This document shows positions 50,930-64,000 of a DNA stretch of 64,000 nucleotides, in pieces. Below the pieces are notes generated by a model, which was not told the origin of the DNA, searched no databases, and saw nothing but the letters and a program-made list of their open reading frames with translations. The stretch is from contig OX597828.1 in NCBI GenBank assembly GCA_951406725.2, positions 12,400,001 through 12,464,000 on the forward strand. Direction: 5' to 3'. Every line of letters starts with the position of its first letter. Within the stretch, counting starts at the first letter, position 1. The translations under genes and the position numbers were made by a program. This DNA comes from Octopus vulgaris (taxonomy: Eukaryota).

Positions 50930-53500
50930 TATGGGATCAATACTCTAACAACATACACCACATAGAACCACAATGGAATAAATCACTGAGAGATAGAAAG
51001 TTCGCCTTTTGGAAGATTATCGAAAACAACAACAAAGCGGATATATATACGAAAAACGGCTCAATCAGACACCGTTAATTCTCCCTCGCAAACTCCTGAT
51101 CAAAGCCATTACAGATGAACCTGAAGCACAAAAACGCCTCAGGGAAAGAATGACACTGGAGAAAATGGAAATGGAACTTCTAAAACCGAGGGCACAGACG
51201 AATGATGTAAAATCCATCGATGAAGAGATCAACCAAGAAATTTGCTAAGTGACCGAAGGCCCCGACCTGGAGAAGATCTCCAAATTATGGAAAGAAGATT
51301 GTGATAAAGAAGAACTGAAATCCCTCCAACGCTGAGAAAAAAGTGTCACTTGGTTCTCAAACTATGAAACTGTCTTTCAGAGTACGTTTCCAACAACCCT
51401 TTCCTGAAAATAAGAAAGTCAAAACAACACTCAAACACAGATTTACACCTGTGTAAAGAAACGGAACCATCACCCCTACCAAAGAAAAAAAAAGAATACA
51501 AGACCTAACCCTAACTTTGTAACTCACCAGCGATACAACATCCGGAGTACCTAAACTTTAAACAGAGAAATGAAATAACACTACCAGCAGGATAGTCATT
51601 GTAATCTCCTTCCCGTAAGGAGTTACCAATGAAACTTTCGTTCTAACAATCTACTAAACAAACCACGCACAACAAACCCATACCATACGCATTAATTACC
51701 AATGACGGCTCCCTAAAACACCACATCCGAACATGGGATATCGGGATACACCTTTCGATGCCCTTCCAAGAACCCGCACCATAAATCACAACAGGGAACC
51801 TCGCAACAACAAGGAGCAAATACACAACAGCTACCGTCCCAATCACCTCAATTATATTTTAGACCTAATACGCAAACACAGAGACACGCAAACATAGAGA
51901 CACCAGACAGACAGGAAGAACCAAAAGTGATAAAAATCATCAATCTAATTCACAAAGAACTAACAGCAAACCAAATCAACATACTCTCCAAAGGGCTCAA
52001 GTTTACACCCCAACTCCCCACGTCCCAACTACAACGGAATAAAAGAAGACGTCGCAGAATTCTGTAGAAAACTACGACTCGCTGAGGAGCTATACGACAA
52101 ATACAAGGCGGGTGAATCGTTAGTCCGAAAAAGAAGTAACTATACCTTTTCGAAAGATAAGAGCAAGACTCTTGATCATTTCTGTGAATACGTCTCGAAT
52201 TTCCCATATCAACATATACAGAAACAAAACCACAAGCCAAACTTCAGCAAAAAAGAATGGGCTGAGCTGAACAAATTAAAAGAGGATAAAACAATAACAA
52301 TCAAAGAGGCTGATAAGGGAAGTGCACTTGTCTTAATGGACACGGTATACTATATAACTCTAGTACTATATTAGAAGACACAACATATTATGAAAAGGTC
52401 CAACACTACAGGCAGCAGAAAAATAATGAGGAACTTAAAATCCATATTAAACCTATACAGAGAAAGGCTCACCAAGGAATACGACTATATGACCAATTTC
52501 AAAAGTAAATCCAGTCAATTCTACGGTATTCATAAGATACACAAAAGTGAGAAATTAAATATCGCATGCAGGATAGCCACAGACATAATAATCAAATTCC
52601 TTTCTCCTAATGACCTCTAATTGAGACCTAGAATAACAGGTCCCGCATGTGAAACCTACCACCTCAGTAACTTTTTTAGATACTCTCTTAAAACCATTCC
52701 TCAAGCATATCAAAAGCTACATACGTGACTTAGATATGCTCAATCACCTCCCTAAAACAATAAACAAAAGCACCCTACTAGTATCCTTCAATGTAGTCAT
52801 CTTCTATTCGAATATCCCCCACAACCTAGGAATAGAGGCAATTCAGTTCTGGCTAGAGAATTACGCCAATGAATTCCCACATCTCATCGAAAAAGAATTC
52901 GTAATAGAAGGGCTAAAATTCATTTTGGAGAATAACTACTTTGTCTTCAAAGACAACTTCTATCGACAAAAATCGGGGACTGCGATGGGTGCTAGAATGG
53001 CTCCCTACTTTGCTAACCTAGTCATGGGATATCTTGAAATCAGTCTTTATCGTTAGGTAATAGAAAAGTACGGCAACCCATTCTCGCTCTACATAGAAAA
53101 TAACTGCAAGATATATCTGGATGACTGTTTCATTCTTTGGCATGAAAGCATAGAGAGACTTAAAGAATTTTAAGCACTTATAAATGGACTTGACGTAAAC
53201 ATTCAATTTATGATGGAATATAGCCATCGACAACTTCCTATCCTCGACATCCTCATTAAGAAATCTAACAACGAAATAGAAACAAAAATATACTATAAGC
53301 CCACGGACTCCAAGCAGTATGTACCGTTCGACTCATGCCACCGCGGACACACTAGAATGAATATCCCTTTCAACCTATCTAAAAGGATGTGTATCATAGT
53401 TTCTAATACAAGCACCAGGGGCATACGACTACATGAACTAAAGGATACACTCATCACCAGGAACTACCTACCATCACTAATTAACATATGCTTTTAACGT
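50930..53500 (+). mobile_element. Penelope-like element (possibly Neptune-type) reverse transcriptase, frameshifted relic
   Basis: Fragments read IINL...LSKGLKFTP, KEADKGSALVLMD, FYGIHKIHK, PFLKHIKSYIRD, YSNIPH, YRQKSGTAMGARMAPYFANLVMGYLE, YLDDCF and LDILI...YYKPTDSKQY..FDSCH..H...NIPF. There are many stops and frameshifts. No GIY-YIG domain was recognised after 53500. Confidence 0.9.
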
Positions 53501-54124
53501 ACAAACAACCAAGCTGAAGAATATTTCCCCTCTATCAATTCAAGGACAATACTTTATCACAAAATACTAATCCATTCTGAATGCATCCACAACAAATGAC
53601 ACTAACACCAGGACCTTAGAATAACACCCACGCAAATATTTAAAACGATATACTCAAATCAGTTACCTCAAGAATTTATTCAGAACGATTTCAATCACTA
53701 CTATCATCCACAACGAGTCACTTTTAGGTCACTTGACCATTTAAGAGGATTCCATCAACCTTCTGCTACTGTCATACCTCCCCCGCATTCTTTTATTAGT
53801 CTTTCACTTCTTTTCCTCCTCCTCCGCCGCCTCCTTTCTCTACTACTACTGCTTAAACAATCAAAGACAAGGATTCATATCCAACTGGATGCTTTTAACT
53901 ACTTAGAACCCACAAGAGTGAATAGGGGAGACAGAGACAGACAGAAAAAAGGAAAATGCCCCTTGCATTTCAAAACTATAGAAATATATTTTTAAAAAAA
54001 CATTTCATTTAATTTTTTCACAATTTAATTATTTTTCATACTTTACTCTAAGTTGAAAAAGTCGCAATGACTAAAACCGATACTAAAATGTTCTTCATGA
54101 TAAAATTATTTTAGCATTGTCTTG

Positions 54125-54295
54125 AGTGGCTGTGTGGTAAGTAGCTTGCTTACGAACCACACGGTTCCGGTTTCATTTCCACTGCGTGGCACCTTAGGCA
54201 AGTGTCTTCTACAATATCCTCGAGCCGACCAAAGCCTTGTGAGTGGATTTGGTAGAAGGAAAGTGAAAGAAGCCCGTCGTATATATGTATGTATG

Positions 54296-54326
<31 letters not shown>

Positions 54327-54555
54327 CGTATGTGTGTGTATATGTTTGTGTGCCTGTGTTTGTCCCCCCAACGTCACTTGACAACCGATGCTGGTGTGTT
54401 TACGTCCCTGTAACTTAGCGGTTCTGCAAAAGAGACCGATATAATAAGTATTAGGCTTACAAAGAATAAGTCCTGCGCTCGATTTGCTCGACTAAAAGGC
54501 GGTACTCCAGTATAGCCACAGTTAAATGACTGAAACATGTAAAAGAGTAAAAGAG
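54125..54555 (+). mobile_element. SINE family A copy
   Basis: Full-length match. Confidence 0.88.
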
Positions 54556-54573
54556 ATATACGCACACACGCAC

Positions 54574-54604
<31 letters not shown>

Positions 54605-55639
54605 CATACATGATCATATGGTGCTTCGAGAAAAGTTGACTGAGAAGGAGAGTGAGTGAGGGTATGAGAGAGACGGAGATGGAAAAGAAAAAAGTGACAA
54701 ATTCTATAACGTATATACTGCAACAATTTAATGTGTCTTCTCTATCGGAACATCTATACTGTTGTATAGAAGTAGGCGTTCTGGTAATGTTTGCTGCTGT
54801 TAAAGAATGAGCTCTCCTTCATCTCATCTCTAATCCTTGAAAGGAAGAACATCATCTAACCATCGCTGAGATGATTTCACAAATACAAAAGAAAGATGCC
54901 TCAATTCAGCTACAGCACAATGGAAAACGTTCACTTTGAAAGTATGTTCTTGGATGTGATTGAATTATCTTAATTAACTTTATCACAGCTCACTATTTGC
55001 AACAAAGTATTTTATATCCGATTTGAATGAGAAAGTAATCAGAAAATTAAAGTTTGTATTTGAATAAGAAAGTTATAAGGAAATTAATGTGCGTGAGTGT
55101 ATGTGACTGTCTGTATATATTGGTTTTGAAAGTGCGGTAGGTAAACAATAGAATTTCTATAGCTTCGATTTATTAAGTCTGTCTGAATGTCAGATTGAAA
55201 CGATGCGGACTTATTTGAATGAATATGCCTGGTAGTTTCGTAAACAGTGGGATTACAGGTAAGTACAGAAGTACCTTACAAATGTAGAATGTAGGAAGCG
55301 ATAAATATATTGACAGATACATACAAATGTTCATACAAATGTTCATACAAATGTTCACAGCCACACACACATGTACATATTTGTTTATATATATATATAT
55401 GTAAATGACAAAGCCGAATATATACATATAGTGATACACTAGTCAGCAGGTTGAATTGCTAAACATGAGTTGTAAATTTGTTCCTGGTAACTGTATTTCA
55501 AATTCCAGCGGAATAAGTTTTGCTCTCCTTAACAGGTATGAATCAGTCGAGTACTAGTGACTGTTTCCGCTTCTCGTATATATATATATATATATGTATG
55601 AGAGCGTGTGTGCACATAACACACATACACACACATACA

Positions 55640-56031
<392 letters not shown>

Positions 56032-56817
56032 GTTTGGAGAAAATTCAGGTTGCATATGTTTCATAGTTAGCAGAACTTCGGAAGTAGTAATTATCCAAAC
56101 AAGGGCCCTCCTGCGAGTCAACATGGGAGCCCTTGACGACAATGTTAATTTCTCTTGAATAAGGCATCTTTGGCCCAACAAATATATGCATTGATACATG
56201 CACACATGTCATATGTGTGTATTCTTCTGCACACGAATACATACACACACACACACACACAGAGGCTTCCGTGCATTTTCCGTATATATGTAGGATAAAC
56301 AAGAGACGAAGTTTAACAACTGAGCATATATTACGCAAGACACGTAGACATCTCAAGATATATCTATTTATCTACTAGTCATACCACGATTTCCTTTGTC
56401 AATCAAATTTATGGCATCACTGAACCTTATTACAAGACACGTGCCGTTGTTTTGCTGCCATCTACAAAACAAGAGCATGAAACGAATCGAACTTCATTGA
56501 CAGTGTTCCTAGAATTTTTTTCAATGGAACAGGCGTTACTTCAAAAGAATTCAGTTGTGTATTGAATGAATGAAGCGTAAGAGGAAATGCGTTTGTTATA
56601 AAGAGGTGCAAGATGAGTAAATATGTTGTATGTTTTCATGAAACTGCTTAATGAATGATTATCTATAGTTTAAGAAATTTACAAACACACGCACTCGAAT
56701 ACGCACGTCTCTTTGTTTGTGTAATTATGTGTGTGGTGGGGGGCTGTTAAGGTTCTTAGAATTCACCCAAGCAGCCTTCGTCCGATTCTGAGCGTAGGAA
56801 CATCTATATATTATAGA

Positions 56818-57097
56818 GGCGGCGAGCTGGCAGAAACGTTAGCACGCCGGGCGAAATGCGTTGCTAAGGCGGCGAGCTGGCAGAAACGTTAGCACGCCGG
56901 GCGAAATGCGTTGCCGTATTTCGTCTGCCGTTACGTTCCCAGTTCAAATTCCGCCGAGGTCGACTTTGCCTTTCATCCTTCCGGGGTCGATAAATTAAGT
57001 ACCAGTTACGCACTGGGGTCGATGTGATCGACTTAATCCCTTGTCTGTCCTTGTTTGTCTCCTCTGCGTTTAGCCCCTTGTGGGTAGTAAAGAAATA
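56818..57097 (+). mobile_element. SINE family B copy with duplicated head and 13-bp TSD
   Basis: TSD tatatattataga at 56805-56817 and 57098-57110. The 47-bp head is repeated perfectly. Confidence 0.88.
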
Positions 57098-57109
57098 TAT
57101 ATATTATAG

Positions 57110-57905
57110 ACGCAGACGTGACTGTATGATTAAGAAGCTAGCTTTTCAAACCACATGATCCCAGGTGCAGTTCATCTTCTGCACCATGAACAAGCAACTT
57201 CATAGACAGAAATTGTACGGAAGCCTGTAGTGTATGTAAATGTGTATACAGGTGTGTGTGTGTGCTTGTGGTTGAGGTTGCTTCAGACCACCAACACCAC
57301 TTGACAACCGATGTTGGTTTCCTTGCGTCCATGTCAGGCAGCAGTTCGTTAAAGGAAGCCGATAGAATATATAAGTATCAAACTTAAACACTAAGTACTG
57401 GAGCCGATTTGCTCCAATAAAACCTTTAAAGCAGTGCTCCAGCATGGCTACAGTCCAATGGCTGCAACAAGTAAAATATGAAAGATCGCAGGAGTGGCTG
57501 TATGGTAAGTAGCTTGCTTACCAGCCACATGGTTCCGGGTTCAGTCCCACTGTGTGGGACCTTGGGCAAGTGTCTTCTACTATAGCCTCGGGCCGACCTT
57601 GGCTTTGTGAGTGGATTTGGTAGACGGAAACTGAAAGAATCCCGTCGTATATATATATATATGTGTGTGTGTGTATGTGTGTGTGTGTATATATATATGT
57701 TTGTATGTCTGTGTTTGCCCCCCCCCCCAACATCGCTTGACAACCGATGATGGTGTGTTTACGTCCCCGTAACCTAGTGGTTCGGCAAAAGAGACCGATA
57801 GAATAAGTGCTAGGCTTACAAAGAATAAATCCTGGGTTCGAGTTTCTCGACTAAAGGCGGTACTCCAGCATGGCCACAGTCAGATGACTGAAACAAGTAA
57901 AAGAG

Positions 57906-57908
<3 letters not shown>
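57110..57908 (+). mobile_element. Two tandem SINE family A copies (old 57110-57475, young 57487-57908)
   Basis: Both carry the cttgacaaccgatg and ctccagcatggc blocks; the first is more diverged. Confidence 0.85.
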
Positions 57909-57946
<38 letters not shown>

Positions 57947-58040
57947 CATATAATTAATAATATCAGGGCAATAAAGATGTTAGAAAATTTTACTACCAGT
58001 GGCCTAGCGTATAGAAGAATTATATATTATTCATATAAAT

Positions 58041-58193
58041 TACAGTGTACATTTAAACACATTAAGAGGTTTCCATCAAAGGAATCCCTCACGCTAGAAA
58101 GAACAGCTAAATGGGTTTGAACTTTAGCTGTTCTTTCTAGCGTAAGGGATTCCTATGATGGAAACCTCTTCATGTGTTTAAATATACACTGTA
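58041..58193. mobile_element. Hairpin MITE with Tc1-like TA-CAGTG termini
   Basis: 71-bp arms (58041-58111 and 58123-58193) with 4 mismatches and an 11-nt loop. Ends are TAcagtg...cactgTA. Confidence 0.8.
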
Positions 58194-59298
58194 TTATATA
58201 TATATATATATAAATCCCTAGAAAGAAAGGAAGGAAGAAAGGAAGAAAGAAAGAAAGGAAGGAAGAAAGGAAGAAAGAAAGAAAGGAAGGAAGAAAAAAA
58301 GAAAGAAACGAAGGAAGTGTATGTACGGTAGTCTGATGTATATGCATACATCTATATATGCATGTTTATGTGTATACCTGTGTATGTGTGTGTATGCTTG
58401 TATGTATAAGTAAGATGTTTTTGTGAAGCAAAACAACATTCTTTACTTAGCTGTTGTAAAACAAGTGTTTGGGAGAGAATAATACTATGTCAACTTACAA
58501 GTGAAGTCTACAATTGGAATGTTAACAAATGTTACATACGTTTTATACTATGAATTCTTCAAGAGTACGTGTCATTCTTCAACTTGCATAAATTCAATTT
58601 TTTACGCGTAGAAGAAACTATAACACGTTAAAAGTCTGATATACGAGTAGATATTTTATGTAACTGATCCGTGAAAATGTCAGTTTTTATTTCCCTTTCG
58701 AGAGATACGAAGTTAGAAACTACATCTTTTATTGATATCTGGATGAGTATCAGTTGAGTGGTAAATATTTTTAGATGAGTGATGTGTGTGTTTACGAGCG
58801 AAACACCTAAGCACCACGCCACTCCGGCAGGAAGTAATGGCGAACTTCTGTTGACTCTTTCGCGACAACTTTCTTCGTCTGTCTTTACGTTCTGAGTTCA
58901 AATTCCGCCGAGGTCGACTTTGCCTTTCATCCTTTCGGTGTCGATAAATTAAGTGCCCGTTGCGTACTAGGATCGATCTAATCGACTTGCCCTCTCACCC
59001 AAAATTTCGGGCCTTGTGCTTAGAGTAGAAAAGAATAAAATATTTTTAGATGTGAGATGAGGACTGGGCTGGCGGAAGTCTACAGTGCTTGTAACACGGA
59101 GAAGTAAGTTATAGCTTTGAAATTCAATACTTCACATACTTTACATCGACTATATCTAGAGAGGTACGAGGAAAGGGATATATAAGTATATGTGTGTATG
59201 TTAACGTGTGTCTTTATATATATTTGCACACACACACTCACAAATATATCTATGTTTATATATATATATAGAGAGAGAAACACACACACATATATATG

Positions 59299-59388
<90 letters not shown>

Positions 59389-59442
59389 TATATATGTATA
59401 TATATGTATATATGTATATATATATATGTATGTATGTATGTA

Positions 59443-59484
<42 letters not shown>

Positions 59485-59799
59485 GTCGTGCGTGCGCAGA
59501 GTTGGGGGGTGAAGTATTAACCCATCTGTAATTTAATTACTAACATATTACTTTTATATTTTACCTTTGGGAGTTGTGGTTTTTGTTATTGCTGTTGGTA
59601 TGTATATGAGGGAAAGAATGTGTGTGTGTGTGTGTATACGTGTGTGAAAGAGAGAGAGAGAGAAACAAACAAAGAGTGACAGAGACAGAGAGAGAATGTG
59701 TATGGCGACTGATGAAGTAATCATTGAGTCAACTTGATTGGAGGAATAGTTTTGAGTCAAATGGCCCTTGATTTGAGCCAAATGCCATCAATTCTGCCG

Positions 59800-60170
59800 C
59801 TCGTCTTTCACCTCATCTCATCTTCGCTCATTTATTCCCAGGAAGGTCGTGGGGGCAGGATCCTCAAACACGCATTCCATCGGGTCCTGTAAAAAGCAAC
59901 CATCTCCCTGTGATCCGGCTGGATGCTCGAGCGAGACCGACCAAGCTCGTGGATTTTATCTATTCATCTAGTTCGTGGCCTGCCTCTGGTTCTCTGGCCG
60001 GTTGGTTTTGCCCGTAAATCCTGTCCGGCGATTCTTATAAATTCGGTCATTACCCAAGATTTATGACCATAGGTAACGGTAGGCACGAATACTGAATTGA
60101 ACGTAGCGAGGTCGGATTTTCTACCTACATCCTTTCCTCCGATTAGAGAATGCTGAAGCCGGCACATTAC
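59800..60170 (-). mobile_element. Deleted RTE-clade LINE 3' fragment
   Basis: Minus-strand peptide FNSVFVPTVTYGHKSWVMT...PTGQRTRGRPRTR matches RTE C-terminal motifs (P.L.YG.E.W and G.R.RGRPR.RW). Confidence 0.7.
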
Positions 60171-61359
60171 TACAACTCGTGTTTTTATCATGTATCTTTT
60201 ACTTGTTTCAGACATTGGACTGCAGCCTTGCTGGAGCACGGCATTGAAGGATTTAGTCGGATATCTTAATCTAAATTACCGGACAGTCCTCATCTGTTTG
60301 ATAAAGATTTCTCCTGTTAGCCGACAGAAAGATGCACTTAACAGTTTGGTGTTTACTTTATCAACCACAAACAGCTATTATTGTAATTACTGTTAAGCCC
60401 TGTATCAGCCCTGATCAGCCTGACCAATAATCAAAGATGATCTAGTCTGTCTGCTCTTTCAGCTACTGTTTATCTAATACTTCATTATCTAATATAACCA
60501 TTTTTTTAAATGGCGGTGTGCAATTTAATGGAAATTTGGTTGATATATCTAGCTAGAAGTAGACACTCTACCCACGCATTAGAAGCACCTTTGTTAGTTC
60601 GTCTTGGAGGAGCCGAAAGCTTGAAGGGTTCTGACAGCGAATATGAACTCAGAAATCAAAAAACGAAAATAAATGTAGTCGGGCATTTGTTTGGACGATT
60701 CCATGTCTGCTATTCCAAAACTCTTTCTTTAGAAACAATATTGTGACAAACAGGATTAAACCTCATGCGATCTATCTATAGGCTATAGAGATTATTACCT
60801 TATGCAACCCAAATGATTGAGAAATGTGTTCGTAAGACGAAATATTTCTTTTACAATAGCCTTATATTTTTAATCTCCTTACTCTAATCGTTTGTGGCGG
60901 CAACCTTGACTTCAACGTTGCATCGTCACCTCCAGTTAATCTAAAATCGTACCGTCAAATGTAGTTTCTGAATATAGCGCCAACCATACTTTTATATTTC
61001 AATTTTTTATTCTTTAGCCAAGATTATCGGTCTTTACATTATCTTTCGTCAACAATCATCGGTTTCCTGACTTGGTAATCTTGAAGATCTAATGCTTTTG
61101 AAACAACAATCTCTTATCTAATTATCTCTTGTTGGATTTTTACTTCTTTTTTCTCAGAACTCCAAAATCAGTTAACAAAATCGTTTTCCTTTGAGTCTTT
61201 TAATATAGAAATTGTAAATATGCGATAAAAGATGAATGTTTTTTTCTTAATTTTGTATTCATATCGTCAGGCGATTTGAGCTGATGGATTAAATCGCCTG
61301 TTCATTTGTGAACGCATGAGAAGAAATACTTTTTTTTTAGAATTAGAGAACGAGCTGAT

Positions 61360-61610
61360 ATGTTGGTGGTGATGTAATGTTGTTGTTGCTGTGATTGTTG
61401 TTGCGGTATTTTTGATAGTGATAGTGGTAGTGATGGTAGAGATGGTAGTGGTTGTGGACGTTGGCGTCGTCGTGATGTTAGTATTGATGGTGGATGTGGT
61501 AGAGGAGATGGAGGCGGCGGTGGTGGTGCTGGTGGTGGTGAAAATGGTGGTGTGATAGTGATGTCAGCGATGATGATGGTGGCGGTGGTGGTGGTGGTGG
61601 TGATAACAAC
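61360..61610. repeat. Degenerate (GGT/GAT)n low-complexity tract
   Basis: Imperfect trinucleotide repeats; source of the Pro/Thr-rich ORF 61302-61667. Confidence 0.85.
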
Positions 61611-61750
61611 GGTGTAGTTATTGCTGAGTATACATATCTGTCTGTAGTTTTTAAGAACTCTCAACATTATAGTTTGCAGAGCACTTCAGTCTAGTCTGGT
61701 TGTTTAGTTTTTTTTTTAATATTTTTCTCATTTTTTATATTTCATTTTAC

Positions 61751-61799
<49 letters not shown>

Positions 61800-62276
61800 C
61801 GCTCGTACTGATATTGCACTTTAGACTAACACGTGGCGTAGCAGCCTGCTAGCAGTTGCTGCTCATTGCTCGTAGTCAATTGCAGACGATTTAGCTTCAG
61901 AAAGTTATCTTGATTTATTTATAGTTCTCTGAAAGTATCTACAAACAAAAAAATTATATATTTCATACATTGTTTAAGCAATTAAAACTGTTATGGGTTA
62001 CTAAATACAAGTTGCGTAGACAAACCAGCCCAGCATCTATAGAATTAAACTGTTTGCTAAGATTGTAGATGTATCAAGTATCTTAAATAGTCATAAAGTT
62101 TTTAGATAAAGTTTGCATGAAATTTTATTCTCAGTTTACATATCAACTGTATCAATGGCTTCAACATAGTCGCTCAATCTGCTAGATGTAGCAAATAAAT
62201 CGCCCTCAATTCACGCCCGGCTGTCAGGAAAATGGAGTGAATAGATTGGATATTGGTTGTCCCTGTGTCTAGACAC

Positions 62277-62670
62277 AGGCATGGCTGTGATGAAAGAAGC
62301 CTGCTTTGCAATTACGTGATTTCGGATTCAGCCACACCTCGCAGCAACTTGAGTGTCTTCTATTTTATCCCCGCCGGCCGACCAATGCGCTGTGAGTGAA
62401 TTTGCTAGAAGGAAACTCTGTGGAAACCAGTCGAATACATGTGTGCATTTATGCGTGTCTTTGTTGCTGTGTTTGTCCCCACCACTGCTTGACAACCTGT
62501 GCTGGTTTCATTATATACCCGTAACTTAGCGGACCGGCAAAAGTGGACGATAGAATAAGCACCACACTTAAATTACAATAAATACTGGGGGCGATTTCTT
62601 TCGATAAACTCTTTAAGGCGGTGCCCTAGCATGGCCGTAGTCTAACGGCTGTACCAAGTAAATAATCAAA
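62277..62670 (+). mobile_element. SINE family A copy (old)
   Basis: Diverged match (gtgtcttcta, tgtgagtgaatttg, cttgacaacc, gtaacttagcgg, agcatggccgtagtc). Confidence 0.8.
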
Positions 62671-62735
62671 GATATATCCCCATTAACATGGAGTGGCTAC
62701 GCAAAGAATATCTGTTCATAAGATCTTCACGGATA

Positions 62736-63082
62736 AGGCGGCGAGCTGGCAGAATCGGTAGCAGGCCGGGCGAAATGATTAGCGGTATTTCGTCTGCCGC
62801 TACGTTCTGAGTTCAAATTCCACCGAGGTCGACTTTGCCTTTCATCCTTTCGGGGTCGATTAAATAAGTACCAGTTACGCACTGGGGTCGATATAATCGA
62901 CTTAATCCGTTTGTCTGTCCTTATTTGTCCCCTCTGTGTTTAGCCCCTTGTGGGTAGTAAAGAAATAAGTATTTCGTCTGCCACTACATTCTGAGTTCAA
63001 ATTCCACCGAGGTCGACATTACCTTTCATCCTTTCGGGGTCGATAAATTAAATACCAGTTGCGTACTGCGATCGATCTAATC
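62736..63082 (+). mobile_element. SINE family B, dimeric form
   Basis: Same monomer junction (gtaaagaaa..gtatt..gtctgcc) as 10470-10850. Many older B copies are also visible, e.g. about 5130-5520, 26040-26410, 28820-29040, 29770-29980, 36720-36890, 39115-39310 and 39655-39865. Confidence 0.85.
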
Positions 63083-63151
63083 TACACATGCATTTTTAGT
63101 CATTATTTTATTTGACTAATTTTTATTGAACTTCTATTTCAGAAAATAACT

Positions 63152-64000
63152 ATGACAGGCCCTACGCTTACTAATGAAATGAAAAGTCATGTTGTGATTG
63201 TGGCTTCGAAGGCTAAACATGATTATTTAGAAATTTTCTGAAAGTTGCAAGATTTTTTGTCCAAAAGATTCGGTGTGACTTAGAGAGAGAAGATGGAAGC
63301 GTATTTCCTGTATCAATACGTACAAATCATTCCAAATGCTCTCATTCTATCAGGACACTTATTCAGAAAGTTAAGCAAAACATTGAAGATAATCCAAGAT
63401 AATCAATGAGGTCAGTTGCAAAAAAAATTTGTGTGTGAGAAACAATTAGAATTGTTGTGCATGAAGACATCAGATACAAATCTTTCGAGAGAAGGAGAAG
63501 TGAATCCATGTCAGAAAGAACAAAAGAAAAGGGTTTAATCAGATCCCCAAAACTTTTGAACAAACTTAAAAATCCATCAGAAGATGGTGTGATTTGGTTT
63601 TTCTCAGACGAGAAAAACTTTGACTAGGGCTAGAAAACTAACAGAAGAAATGGCAGATGGCTATGTGCAGACCCTAATGTTCCAACAGTAATGCACACAA
63701 AATTTCTTGCAAGTGTCATAGTTTTGGGTGTTGCTAGCAATGAAGGACATGTGATGCCTCCTCACTTTTTTCCACAATGCCTTAGGATGAATGCTGCTGC
63801 GTATACTGAAGTTCTAGATAGAGTTGTTAATCCTGGATCAACAGTAAATGCAATGGAAGGCTTTATGTCTTTGAACATGATGCTGCACCATCACACAAGG
63901 CTCAAATGACACAGAAATGGCCGACAGTTTGCATGAACACATCCCACCCAACGTTTGGCTTCCTTATTCTCCAGATCTCAATCCACTGGACTACTATATA
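63152..64000 (+). mobile_element. Tc1/mariner-superfamily transposase pseudogene (maT/DD37D-like), runs off the window end
   Basis: NPR.SMRSVAK (HTH), WFFSDEKNF (first catalytic D), VIVLGVASNEGHVMPPHFF, AAPSHKA and WLPYSPDLNPLDYY. Multiple stops and frameshifts. Confidence 0.88.

Noticed and set aside
61302-61667. Proline-rich 121-aa ORF on the - strand
   Set aside because: Translation of a degenerate (GGT)n tract.

Overview
AT-rich, microsatellite-dense eukaryotic genomic DNA. The repeat complement (several tRNA-derived SINE families, Penelope-like, RTE, Dong/R4, CR1-group and Tc1/mariner relics) most resembles an octopus or other coleoid cephalopod; this is inferred from recalled repeat families, not from a search. 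The only host gene I can support is four in-phase + strand exons (13990-14138, 19645-19930, 31858-32225, 36313-36657) of an inter-alpha-trypsin inhibitor heavy chain (ITIH)-like protein with an intact vWA/MIDAS motif. Its start and its 3' exons were not found in the window. Almost all other ORF-track entries are SINE or microsatellite artefacts. The most interesting non-coding signals are: (1) five hammerhead-ribozyme-like motifs, one with an apparently intact core (49396-49482, - strand) and one inside a 364-bp-period element with 114-bp direct repeats that looks like a retrozyme or Penelope pseudo-LTR (26784-27261); (2) modular, domain-shuffled SINEs with target-site duplications; (3) a Dong-like element inserted in a (TAA)n tract just upstream of an exon; (4) several long hairpins and foldbacks plus inverted SINE pairs around the exons; (5) a 68-bp x4 tandem array rich in ACGT-core motifs. 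Repeat boundaries were read by eye and are approximate unless TSDs are given.
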